Assembly: GCA_043802485.1 (NCBI GenBank)
Contig: JAZDKZ010000004.1
Span: 1 to 64,000 of the forward strand
From: Candidatus Aenigmatarchaeota archaeon
Lineage (GTDB): Archaea; Aenigmatarchaeota; Aenigmatarchaeia; Aenigmatarchaeales; Aenigmatarchaeaceae
Reading direction: 5' to 3'
DNA length: 64,000 nt
Shown here: positions 37,467 to 46,351 of the stretch, one piece after another
How positions within the stretch are numbered: position 1 is the first letter of the stretch
Layout of the letters: every line of letters starts with the position of its first letter
Translations under genes and position numbers: made by a program
The notes under the pieces: model-generated
The model's input: only the letters and a program-made list of their open reading frames with translations
What the model was told of the DNA's origin: nothing
Databases searched by the model: none

Positions 37467-39218
37467 ATGAATTCCGACGAGCTGAAGAGGCTGTACATAG
37501 ATTTTTTCAAGAAGAAGAAACACGCAGTTATTCCTAATGTTTCCCTTATACCGGAAAATGATTCTACAGTGCTTTTTACTACAGCAGGCATGCATCCGCT
37601 AGTTCCATTTCTTTTGGGCCAACCGCATCCGCAGGGCAAAAGACTTGTTAATGTCCAAAAATGCTTTAGAACCAGTGATATAGACGAGGTTGGAGACGAC
37701 TTTCATCTAAGCTTCTTCGAGATGTTGGGCAACTGGTCGTTGGGTGACTATTTCAAAGAGCAATCTATCTCATGGAGCTTCGAGTTTCTGACCAACAAGG
37801 AATGGCTCGGAATAGACAAGGAAAAACTTTTCGTTACAGTATTCGAGGGCGATGAAAATGTCCCAAGGGACAATGAAAGCGCAAAGATATGGGAAGGTCT
37901 GGGCATATCAAAGGAAAGAATATACTACCTTCCTAAAAAGGACAATTGGTGGGGGCCGGCCGGTAACACAGGTCCTTGCGGGCCTGACACTGAAATTTTC
38001 TATGACACAGGCAAGGAGGTGTGTGGTAAAGATTGCAAACCGGGCTGCTCGTGCGGTAAGTACAACGAAATATGGAACAATGTTTTCATGCAGTACAACA
38101 AAAAGACTGACAGTGTGTATGAAGAGCTGGAGCAGAAAAACGTTGACACCGGAATGGGAGTCGAAAGGACTATAGCCGTCTTGCAAGGAAAAGATAATGT
38201 GTATGATACTAAATTGTTTGCTCCTCTGATTAAAAAAATCAAAGAACTGTCAAAAAACGCTAACGAAAGGAGCATAAGAATAATCACAGACCATATGCGC
38301 GCCACATCTTTCATTCTCGCAGAAAATATAGTTCCGAAGAATGTGGAGCAGGGATACGTTCTGAGAAGGCTGATAAGAAGGTCCATAAGGCACGGGAAAC
38401 TTTTGGGAATTGAAGAAGATTTTCTGACAGACCTGGCAAACATAGTTATCGAAAATTACAAGAAAGAATATCCTCACTTGGAAAAAAACAAGGAGTTCAT
38501 AATCGAGGAGCTGAAGAAAGAAGAGAAGAAGTTCAAGAAAACTCTTGAGAAGGGCCTAAGAAAGTTCAAGGAATTGACAAAAGACAAGAAAGAATTAGAC
38601 GGCAAGGAGGCATTCCTACTATTCCAAAGCTATGGCTTCCCCATAGAGATAACCAAGGAGCTCGGAGAGGAGAGTGGGATTGAAGTAGATGCGAAGGGCT
38701 TCTGCGAAGAGTTCGAAAAGCATCAGAATATATCAAGGTCCGGTGCTGAGAAGAAATTCGGCAGCGGACTCGCAGACACTTCAGAAAAGACGATAAGGCT
38801 TCACACGGCAACGCATCTGCTCAATCAGGCCTTGAGGAAAGTCCTGAAAAAGGATGACATCTACCAGAGGGGCTCGAACATAACCCCAGAAAGGCTCAGG
38901 TTTGACTTTAACTTTGACAGGAAGCTGACCGACGACGAGTTGAAGCAAGTGGAGGACTTGGTGAATCAGAAAATAAAAGAAGCAATCCCTGTGAAGAGAA
39001 TTGAGACGAGCTTTGATGAAGCGAAAAAAATGGGAGCACAGGGCGTGTTCGAGGAAAAGTACGGCGAAAAGGTCTTTGTCTATTCCATAGGCGATTTCTC
39101 ATGCGAGATATGCAGCGGCCCGCATGTCGAGAACACGAAAGGACTAGGTCATTTCAAGATTGTAAAGGAGAAGGGAATCGCTGCCGGCGTTAGAAGGATA
39201 AGAGCTGTTCTGGATTAA
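37467..39218 (+). CDS. alaS: Alanyl-tRNA synthetase (catalytic and editing domains, no C-Ala domain)
   Basis: VLFTTAGMHPL, FFEMLGNWS, NVDTGMGVER, GYVLRRLIRR, editing HTATH...CSGPH; ends at GVRRIRAVLD. Confidence 0.96.
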   Translation: MNSDELKRLYIDFFKKKKHAVIPNVSLIPENDSTVLFTTAGMHPLVPFLLGQPHPQGKRLVNVQKCFRTSDIDEVGDDFHLSFFEMLGNWSLGDYFKEQSISWSFEFLTNKEWLGIDKEKLFVTVFEGDENVPRDNESAKIWEGLGISKERIYYLPKKDNWWGPAGNTGPCGPDTEIFYDTGKEVCGKDCKPGCSCGKYNEIWNNVFMQYNKKTDSVYEELEQKNVDTGMGVERTIAVLQGKDNVYDTKLFAPLIKKIKELSKNANERSIRIITDHMRATSFILAENIVPKNVEQGYVLRRLIRRSIRHGKLLGIEEDFLTDLANIVIENYKKEYPHLEKNKEFIIEELKKEEKKFKKTLEKGLRKFKELTKDKKELDGKEAFLLFQSYGFPIEITKELGEESGIEVDAKGFCEEFEKHQNISRSGAEKKFGSGLADTSEKTIRLHTATHLLNQALRKVLKKDDIYQRGSNITPERLRFDFNFDRKLTDDELKQVEDLVNQKIKEAIPVKRIETSFDEAKKMGAQGVFEEKYGEKVFVYSIGDFSCEICSGPHVENTKGLGHFKIVKEKGIAAGVRRIRAVLD

Positions 39219-39248
39219 TACTAGCTCATCACTAACTAAACAATCACT

Positions 39249-39695
39249 CTATCCGATATTTATCTGAACCTTGTCCTTGATGTCCAACAAAGGCAAATCC
39301 AATCTTGCCGTCACAAACCATCTCACTTCCGTATCCTTTCCTGATAATATCTGACCAGCCTTTATCAACGTACCTAAGTTGTTATTTGGTAGTGATGGAT
39401 TATCTGATATCCTAGGAATCTTCATATTGAACTTGTATTCTCCCTTTGAGTATTCCTTTTCTCCGTCTAATTTCTGCTCGAAATCAAACACCTTCACCGT
39501 CTTTGTTTCCATATTCATATTTCCACTAATATTTGAAGTCGTCCTAGTTTTCTTTTCTCCATATATTCCGACTTTCAATGCTTTCGCCTTTGTAGGTTTC
39601 AAGTCAAGTATTACCTTGCCTTTTATGGTGTCTCCTTTGGAGAAATTGAACTTTTCAAGGACGACTGCTACCTTCTTTTTACCTAAACCAAACAT
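39249..39695 (-). CDS. Arrestin-N/SpoOM-like beta-sandwich protein
   Basis: GDTIKGKVIL...ALKVGIYGEKK...GEYKFNMKIP...VRWFVTARLDLP; GGGTGA RBS before ATG 39695. Confidence 0.6.
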   Translation of the reverse strand: MFGLGKKKVAVVLEKFNFSKGDTIKGKVILDLKPTKAKALKVGIYGEKKTRTTSNISGNMNMETKTVKVFDFEQKLDGEKEYSKGEYKFNMKIPRISDNPSLPNNNLGTLIKAGQILSGKDTEVRWFVTARLDLPLLDIKDKVQINIG

Positions 39696-39765
39696 TTTTT
39701 TCACCCTTTATAATTTACAAAACCATGTTTATTAATCTTGCATCATTTGTGTAAAGAATGCGTAA

Positions 39766-39788
39766 TGTGGAGGGCAGGATTTGAACCT
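39766..39788 (-). other. Isolated 3' tRNA fragment (T-loop plus acceptor 3' strand), att-like remnant
   Basis: The minus strand reads AGGTTCAAATCCTGCCCTCCACA; no 5' half upstream, where the sequence runs into the stop codon of 39794-40252. Confidence 0.6.
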
Positions 39789-39793
39789 ATGTA

Positions 39794-40252
39794 TTATCTG
39801 TAGTCTATTCTTACGACGTCCATGTTGTTTATTTTGTATAGCTCATAATCCTTGTTCTCCACAAAGCTTGTATAAGAAATTAGGCAGTTGCTACAGACGT
39901 ACATTTTCATGGAGTGGTTCCCGTTGTTGCAGTAATCAAATATGCATGTTGAATTGAAGGTCTCCCCCCATATACCAAAGAAGTCTTTCAGTCTGACATC
40001 ATCATCAGTATTTTTGTATATAATGCTGTCATAATCAGTTGTGAAAAGTATGTCTGTCGCATTGTTGACGATACCAACTCCCGCGGGTATTTGTTGCAAA
40101 TTATTATCAATATATATATTCAGTCCAAAGGCCCAAACGTCGCTCTGCTTCTGAGTTGGGAAAGCGAAAGACAGGGCATAGGCAAAGCTGCTGAACAGGA
40201 AAGCTGATATTATGAAAATGCTTATTATTTTCTTCTTAGTAGACTTTTTCAT
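39794..40252 (-). CDS. Membrane-anchored hypothetical protein
   Basis: N-terminal TM; IPAGVGI...LKDFFGIWG...CIFDYC; overlaps the trxB stop. Confidence 0.75.
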   Translation of the reverse strand: MKKSTKKKIISIFIISAFLFSSFAYALSFAFPTQKQSDVWAFGLNIYIDNNLQQIPAGVGIVNNATDILFTTDYDSIIYKNTDDDVRLKDFFGIWGETFNSTCIFDYCNNGNHSMKMYVCSNCLISYTSFVENKDYELYKINNMDVVRIDYR

Positions 40253-41196
40253 TTCTTTGCACCGTAATCCAGCGGGGTTTTCTCGCCGTAGAACCCGCCC
40301 TTGATGAAAAGGTAGGCGTTTGTGGCAGCGACAGCACCGCCTGCTGCGGCAGTGACTATCTGCGCCAGGGCACCTGTCACGTCACCGGCAGAGTAGACGC
40401 CGGGAATGTTGGTCTCCATCATGTCGTTGACCTTGATATAGTTCTTTTCCGATACTTCAACTCCAGCAGACCTGACAATCTGCGTTGTGGGAATTTCTCC
40501 AACATCGATGAAAACTCCGTCAACTTCCAGCTCTGTTATTTTCTCATCCTTGACGTTCTTGATAATGATCTTCTTGACAACGCTGTCGCCTTCTATCCTC
40601 TCGACAACAGAGTCCCAGATGATACTGACCTTGGTCTTCTTCAGATTCTCCTGATTCTTTTCCTCTGCCCTTAATTTATCTCTTCTGTGGATAAGGAAAA
40701 TTTCTGATGCCAATTCACTCAGGTAAATAGCCGACTTTACAGACGTGTCCGAACCACCTATAACAGCAATTTTCTTTCCTTTGAAAAGCGGGCCGTCGCA
40801 CGTGGCGCAGTAGGAGACACCCTTGCCTATGAACTTGTCCTCGCCCTCGGCGCCGAGCTTCCTGTGCTGCATGCCTGTTGCTATTATGACGACCTTTGAT
40901 TCATACTCCTTGTCAGAGGTTTTTACCTTTTTGACCTTGCCAGAAATATCAAACGATTTCACAGTATCCACAACTATTTCGCAGCCCGCTTTCTCGGCCT
41001 GGGCTTTCATCTTCTCGGCCAGCTCCATGCCACTGATGGGTTCTGAACCAGGATAGTTCTCCACAACATGAGCCCAAGCCATCTGGCCTCCCAATTTCTC
41101 GCCGATTATCAAAGTCTTCAGGTTTCTCCTGGCAGCGTATATGCCAGCAGCCAGGCCAGCAGGCCCTACGCCAACAATTATTATATCATATTCCAT
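40249..41196 (-). CDS. trxB: Thioredoxin reductase
   Basis: GVGPAGLAA, GVSYCATCDG, GGSDTS, IHRRD, ETNIPGVYSAGDV. Confidence 0.95.
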   Translation of the reverse strand: MEYDIIIVGVGPAGLAAGIYAARRNLKTLIIGEKLGGQMAWAHVVENYPGSEPISGMELAEKMKAQAEKAGCEIVVDTVKSFDISGKVKKVKTSDKEYESKVVIIATGMQHRKLGAEGEDKFIGKGVSYCATCDGPLFKGKKIAVIGGSDTSVKSAIYLSELASEIFLIHRRDKLRAEEKNQENLKKTKVSIIWDSVVERIEGDSVVKKIIIKNVKDEKITELEVDGVFIDVGEIPTTQIVRSAGVEVSEKNYIKVNDMMETNIPGVYSAGDVTGALAQIVTAAAGGAVAATNAYLFIKGGFYGEKTPLDYGAKK

Positions 41197-41264
41197 GACA
41201 TCACATAATTATATTAATAAGATAGCTATTAAATTTAATAACTATAATATTTGAAGGTTTTTAC

Positions 41265-42455
41265 ATGGATCAATGGGTACTTGATATAAAGCAAAGGGCA
41301 TTGACAGGAAAGCCCCCTGTTTCTGGAGGCAGGTCAGACAAGCTCAACAAGGTCAGCTTTGACGGTCTTGTCTTCGTTCCAGCCCAGTTGACGAAAAGGC
41401 CTGTCGACTATTTCAGGGACAAGGTCGATTCTGAAACCATTATAGGCAAGACTTCAAAGCATCCGTTGAAGCTAAAGATTCCGATTCTTGTGGGAGCCAT
41501 GAGCTTCGGTGCCCTGAGCAAGGAGGCCAAAACGGCAATTGCAAAGGCATCAGCCACGGTAGGCACAGCAACCAACACAGGGGAGGGCGGCATGCTGCCG
41601 GAAGAAAGGGACAACTGTTCTTTATTGATAGCACAATATTCTACCGGAAGATTCGGAGTAGATGATGATTACATCAAAAAGGCGGACGCCATCGAGGTGA
41701 AGATTGGCCAGGGCGCAAAGCCTGGGCAGGGCGGGCTGTTGCCTGCTCACAAGGTCACGGATGAGGTGGCAAAGGTGAGAAAAATTGAGAAAGGCAAGGA
41801 CGTCCACTCGCCGCCATACCACCCGGACATAAAATCTGTTGAAGATTTGAGGAAGAAGATTGAATGGCTGAGAGAAAAGAGCGGAGGCAAGACAATCATA
41901 CTGAAGCTTGGCGCAGGCAATGTCGAGAAGGATGTGGAGATAGCGCTGCAGGCAAACCCTGACGTGATAGCCATTGACGGCATGGAAGGGGGGACAGGCG
42001 CTGCACCCAAGATAATGCTTGACGATTTTGGAACGCCGGCACTTTCCGCGTTGGTAAAGGCAAGAAAGATAATGGACAAGCTGGGAGCAAAGCAGGAGCT
42101 TATCATAGGCGGCGGCATAAACAAAGGCGCTGACGTTGCCAAGGCATTGGCCTTGGGAGCCGACGCTGTCTTCATGGCATTCCCGCTGCTGATAGCCATG
42201 GGCTGCACCTATTGCAAGCAATGCTATACTGGCAAGTGCCCGCTAGGCGTCACGACCCAGGACCCAGAGCTTAGAAAGAACCTGAACGTGGAAGAAGCTT
42301 CGAAAAGGGTTGCCAACTTCTTGACTGCCTGCACAGAAGAGGCCAAGATGGCTGCCGCGGCGACGGGCAAGAACAATGTGCACGGACTTGACAGAAACGA
42401 TTTGCGTTCAATCGATTTATTGACAGAAAAGATAACCGGAATCCCGTTGGCTTAA
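41265..42455 (+). CDS. Stand-alone glutamate synthase FMN-binding domain protein (archaeal GltB2-type)
   Basis: AMSFGALS, NTGEGG, EVKIGQGAKPGQGGLLP, DGMEGGTGAAP, Cys motif CTYCKQCYTGKCPLG. Confidence 0.92.
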   Translation: MDQWVLDIKQRALTGKPPVSGGRSDKLNKVSFDGLVFVPAQLTKRPVDYFRDKVDSETIIGKTSKHPLKLKIPILVGAMSFGALSKEAKTAIAKASATVGTATNTGEGGMLPEERDNCSLLIAQYSTGRFGVDDDYIKKADAIEVKIGQGAKPGQGGLLPAHKVTDEVAKVRKIEKGKDVHSPPYHPDIKSVEDLRKKIEWLREKSGGKTIILKLGAGNVEKDVEIALQANPDVIAIDGMEGGTGAAPKIMLDDFGTPALSALVKARKIMDKLGAKQELIIGGGINKGADVAKALALGADAVFMAFPLLIAMGCTYCKQCYTGKCPLGVTTQDPELRKNLNVEEASKRVANFLTACTEEAKMAAAATGKNNVHGLDRNDLRSIDLLTEKITGIPLA

Positions 42456-42613
42456 GCAGGGATTTCATTGTATTCTTCTATCTCAGAAACTTGAGCATTG
42501 TATTTTATATTTTTGATTTCTTTTTTAACTTCTCTCTCTGATAGGTATGCGCACGCACCGCCGATTGCGCTGATAGCAACCATAGAGACTACATACCCTA
42601 AATAAACAGACAT
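42452..42613 (-). CDS. Possible 53-aa single-TM microprotein (not in the ORF track)
   Basis: My translation: MSVYLGYVVSMVAISAIGGACAYLSEREVKKEIKNIKYNAQVSEIEEYNEIPA*; fills the gap. Confidence 0.4.
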   Translation of the reverse strand: MSVYLGYVVSMVAISAIGGACAYLSEREVKKEIKNIKYNAQVSEIEEYNEIPA

Positions 42614-42644
42614 GCTAATAATACAAAGAAAACGGATTTAAGCC

Positions 42645-43289
42645 TTATTGGGTATCTTTGGCCTTTCTCTTTTCGTTGCCCCTTTTAATCAGATAAAGTA
42701 TTCTCAGCATCCATTCTAGAACTATCGAGAATATCAGGAACTGGAGTATGCTTGACCACAGCAGAGGAACTTCGGAAAGCCTGGCTATCGTCGTCTCTAT
42801 CGAGAAGAAATTGCTGCCTGTCAACGAAACTGCCATTAGACCAAACGGTATGAGTTTTGCGATGTCTGTTGAGAGGTCCTCGCTGTAATATGAAAGCAGC
42901 CTTGTCGCGGAAACGATTGATATTGAAAGCATAAGAACCGTGCCTACTGTAGCATCAACTGTCATCAACAGCATCAGCAGAGAGAGTATCACGAACCAGA
43001 TGATTATGTAAAAGGGGAAGATGACGCCGTATTTTAGTATGTAGGCAAATATGCTTCCGGCCTTTCTCAGGTTCTTGTGCTTGGTGTCTGGTAAGTTGTA
43101 CTTTTCCAGATTTATCTTGAAAATGTCCCTCTTGGACAACGTCCTGTAGAACTTCCATACGAACACAGCGTAAACCGACAAGGCCAGGACGGTCACAAAG
43201 AGCTGCAAGTATGTCTCCCCTATTATCGGGGCTATCAGACTGTAAAAGAAAGTGTATATCTGCTGAACAATGCTTACAACATCAACCAC
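42645..43289 (-). CDS. Multi-pass membrane protein, hypothetical
   Basis: About 5 TM segments; likely GTG start at 43289 after GGAGA, overlapping the upstream stop. Confidence 0.75.
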   Translation of the reverse strand: MVDVVSIVQQIYTFFYSLIAPIIGETYLQLFVTVLALSVYAVFVWKFYRTLSKRDIFKINLEKYNLPDTKHKNLRKAGSIFAYILKYGVIFPFYIIIWFVILSLLMLLMTVDATVGTVLMLSISIVSATRLLSYYSEDLSTDIAKLIPFGLMAVSLTGSNFFSIETTIARLSEVPLLWSSILQFLIFSIVLEWMLRILYLIKRGNEKRKAKDTQ

Positions 43290-44109
43290 GATATATCTCC
43301 TGGGCCTCTTTGGAAAGCGTCCTGAGCTTTCTAACACGTATGCCTGTTATCTTGTTTAGTTCCTTTGTTGATATATCTATAAGGTTCTTCATAAGAATCA
43401 TGCCAGATAATGCGAACTTCTCCTGCGAGTCCTGGTCAAGCTTCCTGAGCATTGTTATCGGGTAGAGGTTCCTTTTCTCTATCATGTCCCTCAGGTTGTT
43501 CTTTTTGGGATAGTTCCAGCCTATTAGCTTGATGCCAGCGCATTCGGAATATTTCACAGCGTCCTCAGAAAAGTGGGTGTTGCACACCAACCATGGCTGG
43601 TCAAGCTGCTGGCACTTGCCTGTCTTGCAGCCTTTGACAACATCCAAGAACCTAGCATAGGTGTACAGGGCCTCTTTCAGGCCTGTGTAGATGCCTGGAA
43701 GGTTGTGGTACTTGCACTCTATCATGTAGCTCTTGTTGTTCAGAGTTGCGATGACGTCAACTTCCTGGTCAACGCAGAACCCGTTGAGCATGCTTTGCAC
43801 CTTTGTCTTGTAGCCGTATTCTTTCAGAATCTCTGCTATCAGATGCTCGAAGGCAAAACCTGAAGGGCCGAGCCTGAACAAGGCCCCCTTCAGATCGTAG
43901 CGGGCTGCTATGAAGGGTTTCTGCTTCTCCAGCATCCTCAGAGTCATTCTCAGTATTTCCCTGGTAGAAATGCCGTCATAAGCCTTCTTCTCTACATCCC
44001 TTGCTATCCTATTTGCCAAAGCCTGTGTGGCACCTGCCTTTAGGCAGGTCCTCTTTATCTTGTTGATGTCCAATGGTTCTGTTTCTCCCGAGGCTTTGAC
44101 AACCCACAT
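43282..44109 (-). CDS. ATP-cone domain plus Mrr-like PD-(D/E)xK restriction-endonuclease-fold protein
   Basis: VVKASGETEPLDINKI (ATP cone); GPSGFAFEHLIAEIL; EVDVIA...IECKYH. Confidence 0.85.
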   Translation of the reverse strand: MWVVKASGETEPLDINKIKRTCLKAGATQALANRIARDVEKKAYDGISTREILRMTLRMLEKQKPFIAARYDLKGALFRLGPSGFAFEHLIAEILKEYGYKTKVQSMLNGFCVDQEVDVIATLNNKSYMIECKYHNLPGIYTGLKEALYTYARFLDVVKGCKTGKCQQLDQPWLVCNTHFSEDAVKYSECAGIKLIGWNYPKKNNLRDMIEKRNLYPITMLRKLDQDSQEKFALSGMILMKNLIDISTKELNKITGIRVRKLRTLSKEAQEIYRG

Positions 44110-44142
44110 GTATCAGAAATAGCTTTTTGAATTAATAAAAAG

Positions 44143-44246
44143 TAGCCCCCGCAAGATTCGAACTTGCGTTTACTGCTCCAGAGGCAGTTGTCTTATCAAA
44201 ACCCCTCGGTTAAGGGAGGTTTTCTTGACCACTAGACGAGGGGGCT
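44143..44246 (-). tRNA. trnQ: tRNA-Gln(CTG) with a ~32-nt intron in the D-arm
   Basis: Acceptor AGCCCCC/GGGGGCT, D-stem GTCT/AGAC, anticodon arm ACTGC-CTCTGGA-GCAGT, T-arm GCAAG-TTCGAAT-CTTGC. Removing ~44193-44224 gives a 72-nt cloverleaf; CCA not encoded. Confidence 0.92.
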
Positions 44247-44283
44247 GTATGATATAAATTTTATGTCTTCAGTGTTTAAGAAA

Positions 44284-44790
44284 TTATTGTTTCAACGCTT
44301 CCGCAATCTTCTTGCCGAACTCTGCAGCAGCCTGCGGGCCGTTGGCTGTTATCACGTTCTCATCCGCCTCCACAGGATTGCCAGTGTAAGTGCAGACGGC
44401 GTTGAGGTTGTCCCTTTCCGAAGGGAAGGCCGTCGCCTTCTTGCCGCTCAGGATGCCTGCATTGGCCAGTATCGACGGCGCGATGCAGATGGCAGCAACG
44501 ACCTTGCCGTCCTCGTTGAACTGCCTTACCAGCTCCAAAGCCCGCTTGTTGTCAAAGTACTGGGCGCAGCCCAGGCCGCCCACGAACACAAGCGCGTCGT
44601 ATTTGTTAGAATCAGCCTCGTAGAAGTTCATATCAGGTTGGACTATCTTACCGAACTTGCTCTTTGAAGGTTGACCGGTCGAGTTAGCCACCTTGACCTC
44701 GTTGCCAGCATCCTCTAGGACCTTTCTTGTCTCGAAATACTCCTCGTCCCTAAAGTCTGCAGGAGCGATTATCATGAGCACCTTCTTCAT
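44284..44790 (-). CDS. DJ-1/PfpI family protein
   Basis: DFRDEE, YDALVFVGG, VAAICIAP, VITANGP. Confidence 0.92.
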   Translation of the reverse strand: MKKVLMIIAPADFRDEEYFETRKVLEDAGNEVKVANSTGQPSKSKFGKIVQPDMNFYEADSNKYDALVFVGGLGCAQYFDNKRALELVRQFNEDGKVVAAICIAPSILANAGILSGKKATAFPSERDNLNAVCTYTGNPVEADENVITANGPQAAAEFGKKIAEALKQ

Positions 44791-44851
44791 AAGAATTATT
44801 TGGAGTTAGAACAAATAAATAGTTGTTCGCTTCATTATTTACAGTGATTAT

Positions 44852-45262
44852 ATGCCAGCAATCGGATTGAACATAAGCGGTATAGAAGCAAAGAAGTTCG
44901 AAGAAGCGGCTATTGGTGTAAAGGTAAACACAAACACCAACCTGAAGGAAGTCAAAGAGCACAGCCTTGATCCGTTGGACAAGAAATGCATGTCCGTGGA
45001 ATTTGAGTTCACGACAAACTACGTGTCCCAAGAAGGCGGCAAGGTGGCAGACATCGTTATAACAGGAGACGTGCTCTTCCTGGACGAGGACTATAAGAAG
45101 ATAATTGCCCAGTGGAAGAAGGAGAAGAAGCTTCCGGAGGACGTGAGCCTTCAGATAATAAACGTTGTCTTCAACAAGTGCCTGAAAAAGGCCATTTTGC
45201 TAAGCGACGACCTGCAGCTACCTTCGCCAATACCTATACCGGTTGCAAAAAAGAAAGAGTGA
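44852..45262 (+). CDS. Archaeal hypothetical protein, possibly SecB-like fold
   Basis: Four beta strands followed by helices ending LQLPSPIPIP; the fold is an inference. Confidence 0.6.
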   Translation: MPAIGLNISGIEAKKFEEAAIGVKVNTNTNLKEVKEHSLDPLDKKCMSVEFEFTTNYVSQEGGKVADIVITGDVLFLDEDYKKIIAQWKKEKKLPEDVSLQIINVVFNKCLKKAILLSDDLQLPSPIPIPVAKKKE

Positions 45263-45276
45263 AAATTAGAAGCATT

Positions 45277-46248
45277 CTATCTCTGATATGATATGTCTAG
45301 TTCTTCAAAATCTTTACACCTATTTCTAATGGTAACATCTGTTATACCAACAACATCTGCTATTATCCGCTGGCTTATTCTATTCCCATCAAGGCTTTTT
45401 TTAGTTTTGGTCAATTTCAAAGCTTTGTAGAAGGCGGTGGCAGCATTTCCCTTGGGGCTCTTGCCTTGCAACAATCCTTCTTTGTCCGCTTTTTCTAATA
45501 TTTCAAGCGACAGGTCTTCAACGCTCTTGGAAACAGGTACCTGTTCTCTTAGCTGGGAAACATACCTTCTGGGGTCCTGGATTGGCATTCTCTTCCACTG
45601 TTTTTTATCCTCATCGCTGTCAATATACTTGACTTGCTTTTCTCCATTCCTAAGGAAGAGGCGATAATAATTTTTTAGTAGTCCTTTGGAGGTTCCTGAA
45701 AGTTCTGAAATTTTCTCCAAGATATCAAACCTTTGTATATCTAACTCTCTGCATGCGGTAAAGACGGCTGCCGCTGCCATATCGGTTATTGTCCTGCCCT
45801 TACAGTAGCCCTCGTCCATAGCCCTTCTATATAACTTTGAAGCGTTGTGTGAAACTTGTCTTGGCAAACCGTCAATATTACCAACCACCCTCTCTATTTC
45901 TGGGATGGCGATTGACAGATTCCTTTTTTTATTACCATGGACCTTGGCCCTGCGGTTCCACTTTCTCATCCTGTAAATCTGGTTCAATTGGCCCTGGTCT
46001 ATTTTTTTCCCACTTGCATCCATATCCTCATTGCCCATCATCGTGCCTTCATCATAGATTACGGGCGTTGACGGCGGACCTACCCTGGAGCGTCTTCCTT
46101 TTTCCTCCAAAGTGAAGGCCCTCCATTCGGCATCCATGCTAGTTTCATAACCGAGAACTACGCCAGTAGAAATGTCGACAACTTCCTTTGTGTCTGGGTC
46201 TACCCAAATGTCGTTAGAATATGTTTTCTGTGCTTTTTGAGGGACCAT
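45277..46248 (-). CDS. tfb: Transcription initiation factor IIB (TFB)
   Basis: EWRAF B-reader, RSRVGPP, RMRKWNRR, RNLSIA, KGRT...AAAAVFTACR, GKSPKG, QRIIADVVGITDVTIRNR. Confidence 0.93.
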   Translation of the reverse strand: MVPQKAQKTYSNDIWVDPDTKEVVDISTGVVLGYETSMDAEWRAFTLEEKGRRSRVGPPSTPVIYDEGTMMGNEDMDASGKKIDQGQLNQIYRMRKWNRRAKVHGNKKRNLSIAIPEIERVVGNIDGLPRQVSHNASKLYRRAMDEGYCKGRTITDMAAAAVFTACRELDIQRFDILEKISELSGTSKGLLKNYYRLFLRNGEKQVKYIDSDEDKKQWKRMPIQDPRRYVSQLREQVPVSKSVEDLSLEILEKADKEGLLQGKSPKGNAATAFYKALKLTKTKKSLDGNRISQRIIADVVGITDVTIRNRCKDFEELDISYQR

Positions 46249-46351
46249 AACAACACCAGAATTAATTTATTATTTAACCTCAAACTTCTTATTTCTATTA
46301 AAAGGAAGAAAGCCGAAACAGAATTTTAAATGTTGGGCTGTAATATTCTAT

